Part shown: in pieces, positions 50,038 through 61,793 of the stretch
Layout: each line of letters opens with the position of its first letter
Position numbering within the stretch: the first letter of the stretch is position 1
Source of the DNA: Oikopleura dioica
Lineage: Eukaryota > Animalia > Chordata
Direction of reading: 5' to 3'
Length of the DNA: 64,000 nt
Assembly (NCBI GenBank): GCA_907165135.1
Contig: OU015568.1
Location: 2,542,001 to 2,606,000, forward strand
Program-made: the position numbers and the translations under genes
The notes under the pieces: model-generated
Seen by the model: the letters and a program-made list of their open reading frames with translations, nothing else
Databases searched by the model: none
What the model was told of the DNA's origin: nothing

Positions 50038-50592
50038 GAAATTTCGTAAACATTGAAATATTCCACTTTGTCAAATCATTTTATTCATTTATTTATTTTT
50101 TTTTGAGAACAAAATTATCGGCTCAGGTCTTCAAGAGAAAAGGGAAAGTGTCGCAGGTAAAATAAACGACGCATAATAAGAGGGCAAGGGCGAGAGTCTC
50201 TGAGACAAGGCGGGGTAAAAATGAAGAGCTACTCGCAAATAGCCAATTTTTTGCTTCATTTTATATATATATTTTTTTATTTTAAGTATTTGAAGTTCAT
50301 GAATAAGGTTTGACGGTCACAGGAGTTGTGAACAGATTCGCTTCATTTTTTTGATGTCTAGTCGTTTGTAGGTTCATATTATTTGTCAATACAGAGATTT
50401 TCTCTAAAACTTTGAAAGCATTAGAAATTTCGTGAACATCGATTTATTCCATTTTGTAAAGTCATTTTATTTATTCATTTTTCTCTTCTTGTGAACAGAA
50501 AGATCAACTCAACGTTGGAAGAGAAAAGGGAAAGTGGCGCTGGCAGAAGACATCATAAAGGGCAAGGGCAAGGGTGAGTGTCTGTGAGACAA
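50038..50592. repeat. Diverged direct duplication of ~170 bp (50038-50208 and 50424-50592)
   Basis: Shared blocks GAAATTTCGT(A/G)AACAT, TCATTTTATT, GAGAAAAGGGAAAGTG and AGGGCAAGGG...TGAGACAA occur in the same order. Confidence 0.75.
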
Positions 50593-51490
50593 AATAGTAA
50601 AGATGATGTTTAGCGAGGTGAAGTTTTAAAGGGAGAAGGTTCAACAGTTTGTTTCATTTTAAAATGTTATGTTTATTTTTGGACGCGCTTGAGCTTTCTA
50701 TTAATAATTATCATCGAATTTCCTAAAATAATTCGTAAAACTTGCGAATTCTTCTTCTTTTTTTATGAACCTACTGTAACATTGAGGTTTTCTCTTGTGC
50801 TTTTTCATTTCATCATGGTTACGGAGATATTTAAGGTCCCTGAAACGGAAGAGCGAGCCATTTAACACTCATAAAATGGCATTTTGCTCACTTTGAATCA
50901 GCCGCTTTGCCAAGCGTAACGCTCATTTTCCCTCTTTTTATGTTTGTCACTCAGCCACTGGCTTACGTTGCAACTTTCCCTTTACGAATCCTGAAAACGC
51001 CGGGTCCGGCATCTTATTTTTGTATAATGAGAAAAATGATAAAATGAAAAGCAAAATTTTCTTAAACAAGCCCGAAGTCACAAAACTTTTGAAGAAATTA
51101 CGATGAAAATGAAGATAAAATGAAGAGCAAAATCATAAATGATTCCTGAGTCGATAATTTTCGGACTGCTTTACTACTGTCAAATAATAAAATGCTGCAA
51201 AATCTCCAAAAGTTCTTAAATCGATCCATTTTCGCTTTTTCTTTTTAAAAAATGAATAAATAAAATACTTGTTGAATACTTTCTTCTTTCCTGACTCAGA
51301 ATTAAAATTCCGATCTTTCAGAAAAAGCAAACCGCAGGTTATGAAACTTTTGGAAGACTTTCAATCTCGAGCCATTATCGAATCATTGTTTCTACAAATA
51401 TTTGAGTCCAGTGCAGCCTTTCAAGCGCATAAAACGAAGGGTTGAAAACGTTGTGTTCGAAGATCCATCCGTAAAGATAAGGCCTGAACG

Positions 51491-52516
51491 ATGCGGCTGG
51501 CAGCGATCTTCGCGGCACCAGCTCTGGGCCAAAATTACTTTTACTCGGACTATGGTCTTTTCGGCTCGTAAGTAGCAAGAGAATCGAAAAGAGATGTTTT
51601 TCTTATCTTTTTTTTCAGCTCAAATAATGGTGCCAAGTTCGGTTCAACCTACACCTCCGCAGAGAACACCAAGCAAGCACAAGGCAACGGTAAATTCTGC
51701 CACTCAACCGCGGACAAGCTGATCTACCGATGGGATCGCTCAAAGTACGGCTACTTCAGCTACTACAACCGAGTTGAGTGCGTCGGCGAAGAGTTCTACT
51801 GCTTCATCGAAGAGCGCGCCCACTTCGGCCAAGTCTACGGAATCAAAGCCGGCTGCGCGCAAATGATGAACCATCCTCAAGTCAAGCGACCCACAACGCC
51901 TGCCCTGCAACAGTGGAACAATCGGGAAGCTGGCCGAGGCCGCGGGTTCAAAAACAGCGGTGACAGCGACACACTCAACGTCTTCTACGGCGTCGGTGGC
52001 TGTATGGCCATGTCAGCGCAAAATCAGCAAGATCATCTTGACAGCAGCGTTGATACCTTCAACAACAACAACTACCACAAGCAATTCGACTGGTATCAGG
52101 CCCAATGCTTGCGGCTTGAAACGAATGCAGATAATTCCAAACAGAAAGATCTCCTTCCTTTTGGCGTCTCTGTCTGCCGAGCCTGCTGCATTGCCGGAGC
52201 TGATGTCGAAACGGACTACAGCGCAAACAACAAGAATCCCTGTAACTTCCTTCCATATGCTAGCTCTGGTGAGCCAGCCATCCCAACATATGGCAACTTC
52301 GATTGCTTCGTGAACGCAAATCAAACAACTGCCTGCGTTACCAACACCGCCGTCGACGACTGCCTTATCTGCAACAAGGAGATCGTCCCATCCCTCGAAA
52401 TGATCAGCTACTCAAGCACTGCTCCCGTCAGTCTTTTCACCGCCGCCGCGAACCATGCTTGCGCCACTTCTCCATGCACCCCTGCTGTCAACAAAGTCAG
52501 AGGACGCGACATCTGA
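51491..52516 (+). CDS. Secreted Cys-rich protein (~324 aa, oikosin-like Cys domain), 2 exons
   Basis: MRLAAIFAAPALG signal. Intron 51568-51618 joins in frame to ORF 51863-52516. Motif C...ECVGEEFYCFIEER..FG.VYGIKAGC...GC...QN...QC...SVCRACC...CN. Strong C-ending codon bias. Confidence 0.85.
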
Positions 52517-53775
52517 TAAGATCGAATCTTCCTTTTTCAAACAACGAGCCTCAAAATTTTTCATGCTTTTCGAGCGACAAAACGACCTGGGGAGGGAGTT
52601 TTGTATTTTTGGAACTGGAGCTTTTTGAGGCGCGTTTTTTGAAGAATATTTGAAAACACTATCTTCTTTTCAATCTATCTCTATCTTTTTCTTTCTTCTT
52701 CACTTTTCTTTCTATCTAGACTTTCAGAATTGTTTTCTTGCTGTTAATAAAAACCATTAAAACAAAAGAATATCTTTTGAAAAGCTATCGATCTCTTAGT
52801 GCATTCGTCATAAATAGTTAATACCACACATGCACGCCCTTAGCTAAGCTCTTAGTCATCTATCCTCTCCTTGTTCAAATTTGGCAGGGGGACTCAGAAA
52901 CAATAACTTTTTGTAAATAATGTGGCGCCAATAATTACGCAAAGATCAAGTTATTTCCGTTCCAGCCGCTGCCAGATTTTGTCGACAAAAATAATACAAG
53001 CTGCCGTTGATAATTGATCTATTTTAAAACAAATTTATTATTGGAAAAAAAGAGAAAAGTTTCACAGAAGAGCGTGAAAAAAGAGAAGAAAATTTAAAAT
53101 TCAATCAAAAAAGAAACGAATTAAAAATGCATAAGGATTATAAACTTATGCTTGATGAAGGAAAGGGTCATTTATTTTTACCAAACGGTACATAAAAAGT
53201 AATAAATTAGTTAACGCCGAAACGCACAGCGACCAATTAATTGGTACAATGCCCTCTAATGTCATTCCGACACATTTGGAAATTTGCATATTTACTCACA
53301 TTTTTGTAATGATAGGGGTTTAATATGGGGATAAAATTGAAGCTCAGCGTCTGAGAATTATTTATCCATATCATTTATACAGTAGACTAATCAGTTTCAT
53401 TGCTTAAAAGGGTTAAAAGGGGCATACCAATTAATTGGTACGATCTGCGTTCAACGTTGAAAAAATTTTATTTTCAATTATTACTCATTATTATGTAATG
53501 AGTTACAGGGAGAGTGGCTGTGCGCTAACTAAAAAACGTTAAAAAGAGAAAGGTTAGAGAAAAAAAATGGTGGAGGCAAGCATTGGTCAGAAATCAACAT
53601 TTACGACAAGGGGAGATGAGTGGTAAAAGTGAAAAAGACAGTTTGTGTTGTGAAATTTTTTCCAGAACATTTTTTTAGTTGTTGATTTCGTTTTACAAAG
53701 CAGTGTTTCAATAAAAAGAATTTACAATATTTCGATAGAAAGGAGGATCAGTTTTTTTAATCGATTTATTTCTGT

Positions 53776-54476
53776 AGAGACGACCAGGGACGTCAGATTT
53801 TATTAATATTAAAAGAGAAGTTATTTTATGACCCTGAAAAAGAATTCGATGTAGAGTTTGATGCTCTATTCGACGCGTTCTGGACAAACGACCATCCGAT
53901 TTGGGAAGAATGCAAAACGATGAACGATCTATCCGAATTCTCCACGACGGCTTTTGAGGGAAACTCTCGCAAGTTCAATTTCAAGGTCAAAATGGGTGTC
54001 CCTTTTTGCCCGTCTCATGCACCTGTCGAGGTTGAACCTTGCAGAATCGAAAGATATTTTTTACAGAAATTTTTAGATTACTCAAACAATGCTTGAAGAA
54101 AATCGAGAAGGGGGAAGTATCATCTGCGAAAATTCCCACAAGACCGACTATCCGTATGCGGATATTTTTGATATCGTTCACAGGTAGATCTTCTTATAAA
54201 AAAGTCAGCTCAAATATCATCTCCTAGGTATGAATTCATCAAAACCGGCGAGACAAAGTCCCGAATGAAATTCTACTCCCGACAAGAATGGCGAAAAAAG
54301 GTCCCTTTCGTGCGGGGCGCTTTGGATGCTCTCGTCAATGTAGGTTAAAATCGACAGATCTTTAACTAACAAAATTCTAGCACAAACAAGGAACCTTCGT
54401 GAAGAACGTCTCAAAAGTCGTCAAAAAGTATACAAACGAAGAAATCAAATCGCTGCTTTTGAAACTGCGTGAATAA
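53776..54476 (+). CDS. VASt (StART-like, Aster/GRAMD1/Lam) domain protein; start unresolved
   Basis: Spliced translation ..SRKFNFKVKMGVPFCPSHAPVE|ITQT...DYPYADIFDIVHR|YEFIKTGETKSRMKFYSRQEWRKKVPFVRG matches the VASt pattern (PY.D.F.V.HRY; V.(F/W)RK). Confidence 0.65.
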
Positions 54477-54496
54477 AAAAGCGATATAGAATTTTT

Positions 54497-57198
54497 TTAT
54501 TTTCCAAAAGAAAAGTCAAGTCGGAATCCACTTGTTTTAATTTTCTTCGAAAGTGGCTTGTTGAATCCAAAACTTCGGCCTGCGCCATAAAGTCGACCAA
54601 AAGCAGGTTCATCCAAATCAGTCTTGAAAAATTAGTTTTTTCAATTTTTGACGAAAGATCTTACCTGGAAAGAATAAGCGGTATCAATTAAATAGCCGCT
54701 AAAAGCAACGGTTCCCAGTCCAGTTTCGGGAATGTTGTTTGCGTGGAGTCTAACGGCGACTTTGTCGTGAGCATTTAGGCTCAAGACACCCGACGTCTGA
54801 AGGAGATCATTCGAAGGTCGGGAAAAGCTGTTAATGTTGATTTGGAGGGGGCTGCCACTGTGCATTGATGAGGGGATTCCATTGACGTAGACAGTGACTT
54901 GGAAGGGAGCGGCTTGGTCGTGCTGGGCCGTGAGGGTGAAGAAATACTCGCCTCTAGAATAATGTGTAAGGATCAATACATTGTATACTTTGAATTTTTT
55001 ACTTGTATGGAGCTGAAAATTCACGACCACTTGCAGCAAAACCGCCGTTGTTTGAAACAATGTTGTTGAACTGAATCACTTTTCCCTGCGAATTCGGAAT
55101 TTCGGGCGCATTTCTCCAGGCAAAGAAAGATTCTCTGAGCCCTTCGAAGTAGCCGAGTCGAGCAAGACTATGAGCTTCGGCAAGGTCCAGATCAGCCTGG
55201 ACAGGAGAAATGAGGTTGACAGCGTCGGCGAGCTCGTTAACTGCTGATGATTTTTGCAGCGTGATTTCCTAAAAAAATAAACAAGCTGAAAAACTATGAA
55301 ATGCACCTACCTCTTCAAATCCAGCAACAATGGCATCCAGATCATTTCGCGCATAAAATCGGGAGTTTGCACTGTCGAGCTGGATTTGCGCCGTAAGCGA
55401 GTCGATTTGTGCCATTTTTGAATTGTAAACCATCTTTTTTATCAAAAATTATTCGATTTGTATAAAATTGATGTACCTGGAACTCATTAGATTTGGCAAC
55501 GACGATGCCCAAATAAGCATTGTATGTTTCCATGTTGACTTCATTAGCAAGGTCGGTTTTCGCTTGATTCTCTTGGAATTTTGACTGGAAAGATTCTTAA
55601 ATAAATTTTTATTTACATCCATTCAAGATAAGTTTACCGATAAAGTAGTCAACAGAAGTGCCGAAATTTTCAGTTAGAATTTCGATTCTTTCTTCCAAAT
55701 CGTTCAAAATATCAGTTCTATTTGCAACCTCTGCATCTCCCTCAGCGATAACGGCTGTCACATTCTGTCTGTAATAATACAGGTATTCCTCTTGAGCAGT
55801 CAGGTCATCAAGCGATTGCTGGAGAAGAGCGTTTGTTTCGATATTTGTTTTGTTGAAGAAATCTAGAGCTTCTGCCCAGCCGACATCGAGCGCGTCAATT
55901 CTCGCTTCTGCTTCTTCAATGAGCGATTCGAACAAAGCGAGGGTTTGGTAGGCCTTTTAAGGTTCCATTTTGGCCATCAAGTCTACAAGATTTAGCTTAG
56001 CCGAATAAGTGAGCCTTTCCTGGGGATTGATACACGCTTCCGCCTCCGGGATTCCGATATATGGCGGGATACATTCACAAGTATAGCTTCCGATGAAATT
56101 AACACATCTCGCATTGCCAGTGCATCCGTCGAAGCCGTACTCTAGGGAAAAAAAGAATGAGCATCGTGCGTGACCACAACCACATCCGGAAGCTTAGCAT
56201 TTAATAGGATTGACTTACCCGTACACTCGTTTCGATCCAGCTCGTAGGAAATCGACCAGTTTCCGCTGGAGAAAATGGCATCCTGACTGGCGCCGTCGTA
56301 CATAACAGTGATGTAAGATTGGGACGGAGCGACGACGTTTATTGGCATGCTATTGTGGCAACCTAATGAACTTTTGAAAAAAACATCTTTTCAAGATACG
56401 AAACCTGATGCGAGAGTTTTCTTTGCTCCCTCCTCCGGAAGTTCTGCGCCTTTACTGCCAACTCCGACATATTTCTTCTGGTAGTGGAGAACATCTCCAG
56501 GAAACATGCTCTGTTTATGCTCTGTCGTAACGACAACGGTTGCCAAATCATTCGCACAAGGCAAGTTTTCGTAAATATCATCCACCGCTTGTCCATGATT
56601 CGCTCCAGTGTATTTCGGTGTTGTTATATTGAGAGCAACGGTGAACTCGAAATTGGTCTGAGGACCGACCCAGAAGACCCAGCAAAAGGGAGCGAGGAGC
56701 AGGTTCGATCTGCTTGTTATTTTAGGCGTTTCGGTCACTTCGAGATACTGGCACCACTGGCGAGTTGGATCGAGGGTTCGATCGGAATCTTGGTCGATTG
56801 ACTTTCATTTGGTTGAATAGTAATAATTATTCGAGGACGAATTATGAAGGATATAATTCAAAAACCAAGGCTGATAGTAGCTAGAATCAGAAGCAGCGGT
56901 CTCCTGAAAATTTTGAATCTGGGGACTTTCCGCTTTCTGTGCATTTCCCTTCCCTTTCGCCTGTTTTCGCTTTCCCCTAAAATTTCATCCACAATTAATC
57001 TCGCAAGTAGGAATCATAATGGAAGCTCGCTATTTTATACCTGAAGAAATCATCCATAACCCCCATCTCCGGGTTCTTTACGCACAATTTCTCCCCATTG
57101 ACGACATCAATCATCATCACACAATCTTCCTGACCATCATTCTCTCCTTCATTCTCTGTGCTAGCCAAAAACGGCAAAAGCGAGGCCAAAACCTTCAT
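54497..57198 (-). CDS. Secreted CUB - cbEGF - coiled coil - globular C1q protein
   Basis: Short signal peptide, CUB-like segment (WCQYL...ITVMY....GNWSISY), DRNEC...CTGNARCVNFIGSYTCEC, a ~250-aa heptad-rich region, and gC1q motifs VIQFNNIVSNNGG...FSAP..GEYFF...FSGYLI. Confidence 0.8.
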
Positions 57199-58656
57199 TT
57201 TCTCGAAAAGTCCTTGTTCTCAATTAACCGATACGAGGCTTTTGCATAAAATCCTTCTAGCGCGATGGACGACGAGCGATGGTATCTGACGGATGAATTA
57301 GGACAAAACATGCAGGTGCGCACTATCCAGAATGTCGTTGATTTCAGTTCGGGGAAATCTTTCTTTTGGTCTTTATGTTGCATCACGAGATTTTTGTGAC
57401 AAATCTTTTATTCAAATCAGTTTAATTTGAAAAGTCTAAATTAAGCCTATTCTGCAGTTTTATATCATAAAGTATGATGAAAATTAGCTGATACAGTCAT
57501 TTTTAAGGGATGATATCAAGCATTAAGCAAGATGATTTATAGCAAACCGTAAATGAAAAGCTCGACAATGGAAAATATCGATATAAAGAAGGAGGCTTCT
57601 ACGAGTTTCTCGTGAAGAAAAGAAACCGGCTATTCGAGGCAATCTTCTTTCCGGCTTCGATGGGCGCCAGTTGCTGCGAAATTTGCTTCTCGGAGGAGTC
57701 AGCAGAGACCAGGCTGCTGGAGGAAGAGTTTCGTGCGATTTGCTTCATGGAGAAAAAGCTACACATCGAGCATGAAGTGGGCATTTCTGAACGGTGGAAT
57801 TTATGGTGATGAAGCGTTATATAATAATCGGATAAGAAGCTTTCACGAGTAATTTTTGTCAATATTTTCGACATTTGAATTCATTACAATCAGCATATTT
57901 AAGGCCCTTATGAAAGAGCGGAAGCGGTAGCTTACCTGTTTTTGTGTTTTTGTCTCTCTTTAAATTTGCCTATCTTTAGTCTTTTCGACTAATTTGTGCT
58001 GTGCCGGAATGTTAAAATAAATTTCAGTTTATATAGGCCCAATCAGCTTTGATCAGCTCTGCGATTTAGTTCCCAAGGCGTGATCCCTTGGCTTTTATAT
58101 TGCGTAAGAGTCATCCCTTTCACCATCCTCACTCCTAGGTTGGACTAGTTACTACTGCTAGAATCGCTTAAAATAGCCTCTGTCTGAACTACAGTACTTA
58201 TTCAATAAGATAAAAAAACGACTTGAAAAATATTTTTGAGGCAAAAATTCATAAGTTGAAAATGTTATGATCATTTTTCATAAGTTTGAAATCATCAAAA
58301 GTCCAGCCATCACAAGACGTCAATTTTCCTTCGTTCACATGTTCCCCCTTGGTCATCGTTAGTTCAGGCTCGAAATTGTCTGCCTGTCGGCTAGACCATC
58401 CCCTGGGTAAATATCCACAAACAAGCATCATTCACGAAAGTTTCATGTCGAGAATGTGATTCAAAGCACATGCCTCTTTATCACACAACTTACAATATTT
58501 TACATAAACCGGCTTAAAATGCTGAGACAAAATCCGTCTGCTAAATTCTGGCGAGTTCGGAGTGCCGCCAAGTTACGACGCAAATCGCTGAGAAAAACGC
58601 ATCTGGGAGGTGCATAAAATGGTTTTTCTTCAGAAAAGGAATTCAGATCTTTAGTC

Positions 58657-59685
58657 ATGAAGTTCACCGCCGCCCTTTTCGCCGCTGCTACCGGTAAATA
58701 TAAATTTTAAAAGAGCATGAAAAAATCTATTCTATTTTGCAAGAATTATATAATTTTCATAACTAAATCACCTTTGAACAGGATTCTAAAATCGCACTGT
58801 TTCACCCCGGAAGGGTAATTAACTTACGCTGGTTCCAACCTTGCGTGATTCTTACTTAGTTTTGGCAATGCCCAAATCAAGTGTGAAGCCACAGAATCTT
58901 ATCCTCCTCCTTTTCTAGCTGCCCCAGCCCAGCTCATCATCGGAGGCAAGAACGCCGTCGACGGTCAGTTCCCATGGCAAGTGACCCTCAAGCGAGCGAC
59001 CGGCTCCCACTTCTGCGGCGGTTCCATTCTCAAGAATGACGTCGTCATGTGCGCCGCTCACTGCAAGCAGTCTTCCAACACCTTCACCGCCGGTGCCGGT
59101 TCCGCCTCGCTCAACGGCCAGCGACAGGTGCTCAACATCCGACAGCAGATTCCCCACCCAAGCTACGACTCCCAGCGAATCGATTGGGATTACATGGTTA
59201 TCAAGACCGCCACTAACTTCAGCTTCGATGACTACGTCAAGCCAATTGCTCTCGTCGCTCCCTTGACTGCTGAGCTCCCCAACAAGACTCCTTGCCGAAC
59301 CTCTGGCTACGGCTACTCCCAGTACATCAACGGCAACCCAGGTATCATCGCCTCCACTCTCCAGTGGACCGATACCGAGTGCATCACCAACGCCGTCTGC
59401 CGACAGACCTGGCTCTTCCAGGTTCGTTTTCCCCTAAAAAATCCAAAACCAGCATAATTCTAGACCCTCACCAGCCGACAGCAGTGCGCTGACTACGCTG
59501 GCGTCACCTCCTGCATGGGTGACTCCGGTGGACCACTCACCTACGTCCAGGACGGCCAGGAAGTCCTCCTCGGAAACGTCTCCTGGGGACACTCCAAGTG
59601 CTCCACCAACGGCTACCCAGCCGCTTACTCCCGAAACGCCGACCCCACCGCCAACCAGTGGATCCGAACCAACGCCGGCCTTTAA
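58657..59685 (+). CDS. Chymotrypsin-like serine protease (S1A), 3 exons
   Basis: Signal peptide, IIGG, HFCGGS, CAAHC, DWDYMVI, GVTSCMGDSGGPL (Ser at the S1 position) and VSWG. Confidence 0.97.
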
Positions 59686-59807
59686 ATTTCTTTCTGTTGA
59701 CGTTTTGCGAAGTTATTCTAATAAAAATTATAATTTTCAAAATTAACATAAGAAATCGAAAAAAAATCATACTTTATTCTTAGGTTAACTTTATTGAATT
59801 TCTTTAA

Positions 59808-60557
59808 GGGTAATGGTATACATCGGCGCGGCGCTGCTCTCTCGATCCGCGCTCCGCCAGAACCTATTTCTCACGGAGCTGTAAAATCCGAACGGATAAA
59901 GATTTTTTCAAAATTCAAAAAGATTCTGAATAATCAAAGTCTTTTCTACTAACACAGCGAAATTGGTAATGATTGTCAGAGAGGAACTATCTGAAAATTG
60001 CCAGTTTCCTTCAAATGACATTTTCTTCGATATTTCTCATCCAATATTTTTGAAAATTACACTGTCTTGTAGAGAATCGTCAGCTCTACAAATCCTGTTT
60101 TTCAGATTTTTGTTTAAAGCTTTTATTAATTTCACATCGCAATTTGTAAAGAGGGCTACTTCTTCTCGCGCCTCTCCGCTCTCTATTTCTCACGCAATGA
60201 CCTCACAGCGCTGACTTCAAGGGTGCATATTAAAATCCGAAGATCTTAAAACAAAAATCTGAAAAACAGGACTTGTAGAGCTGACGATTCTCTACAAGAC
60301 AGTGTAATTTTTAAAAATTTTGGATGAGAAATATCGAAGAAAATGTCATTTGAAAGAAACTAGCAATTTTCAGATAGTTCCACTCTGACAATCATTACCA
60401 ATTTCGCTGTGTTAGTAGAAAAGACTTTGATTATTCAGAATCTTTTTGAATTTTGAAAAAAATCTTTATCCGTTCGGATTTTACAGCTCCGTGAGAAATA
60501 GGTTCTGGCGGAGCGCGGATCGAGAGAGCAGCGCCGCGCCGATGTATACCATTACCC
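59808..60557. mobile_element. Foldback MITE with ~310-bp inverted arms, TTAA TSD, GG..CC termini
   Basis: 59808-~60117 is a near-perfect inverted copy of ~60247-60557, with a ~130-bp spacer. TTAA at 59804-59807 and 60558-60561. Confidence 0.93.
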
Positions 60558-60863
60558 TTAAAGCAGAAAACTACAGATTATTGCCATTTATGCCAATAAC
60601 TTTCAATCCGAAAAGCTCCTTACGCCTTTCCCCTGCGGCCCAGTGACCCCTGAACCCATGTGGTCATCCCCCGACAGCGTGAAAACACAACACGTCGCTT
60701 CTGTCAAAATATCGTGCTCGTCGTAAAAGAGGGACTGCGCTCTAAGTATCCCGCTAAGACCCGCGCGTTTCTTTTTTTCAGAAAATCAAAACTGCCGCCC
60801 CGCCTTGTCCACCCGCCTGCTTTTTTTCGCCTCATTGACAATTCTTCTGATAGAAGAGTTGTT

Positions 60864-61349
60864 ATGTCACTTGCATCGAGAAACGCAGTCGAAACGCTCA
60901 AGCAGATACGCAAAGACCATGAAAAGAAATGTGGATTGACGAGAAATTTTTCCGAAGCTGTCCTCAATGAGGTTTGTTTTCGTCATTTTTTGGGGTCGTG
61001 GAAAGGTGTTATTTAGGTCGAGCAAAGTTCAAAGATTGAATTTACAAGGATCAATACTGTCCCGACCAATTTGAATCGAAGAATGTCTAGGAGTCACGGA
61101 GATTTACAGCAACAGCTTCAGGCTTTTAAAGGTTAATGCTTGATAATCGATCATTTTTGGCTTGCAGTCAAATCATATATAAACACCTTAAAATGACGCC
61201 ATTTCAGAAGAATATATATGCTAGCAGGTTTTAAGAGAATTAATTAAGGGCTTGATCTTCCCGGTACATCTTCTGACACGATGAATCTTCCCCAGAAACA
61301 AGGTGGTTTTCTTTCAACGATATCATCCTGGTTTACGCCTTCTAAATGA
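60864..61349 (+). CDS. Hypothetical small spliced protein
   Basis: MSLASRNAVETLKQIRKDHEKKC exon, an in-frame GT-AG join to VEQSSKIEF..., and a plausible terminal exon ...FTPSK. Middle exons are not resolved. Confidence 0.4.
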
Positions 61350-61793
61350 TTACAAAAAGCAGTCTCTGTGTTAAATATTTCCAGATGCCTCCTTTATATC
61401 CTCTTCCTTCGATTACAATAAACCTCAGCTATGATCTATAAGCTCAGTTTTTTATCTCAATTCTGAGTGCCTTCTTTGGATCCAAAGACGGGACTGGCGG
61501 CCTGACCGATGACCCCCTACTACCCTTACCGTTTGACTATGCCTTAAGTCCGAATAAAAAATGAAAGAAATGAAAATACGTGGAACTGACGTATCGACAT
61601 ATGAAACAATGAACAAAATGCTCTTGCATCTTCTAAGATAGCAGTTATTTATGTAAAAGCTACCACGCAAAAAATACTGAGAGGCAACCGTAATGACAGG
61701 CTCTCAATTAATTGTGATCAAATATTTAAATCGAAGCGATTTATAAAGAGGGCAAGAAACGGCGTTCAACGACAGAAAGAAAAAGGGTCGAAA

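Noticed and set aside
57541-58500. Exon-like GC-richer segments at 57600-57810 and 58250-58480
   Set aside because: Strand and frame are ambiguous and no motif was found. Left unannotated.
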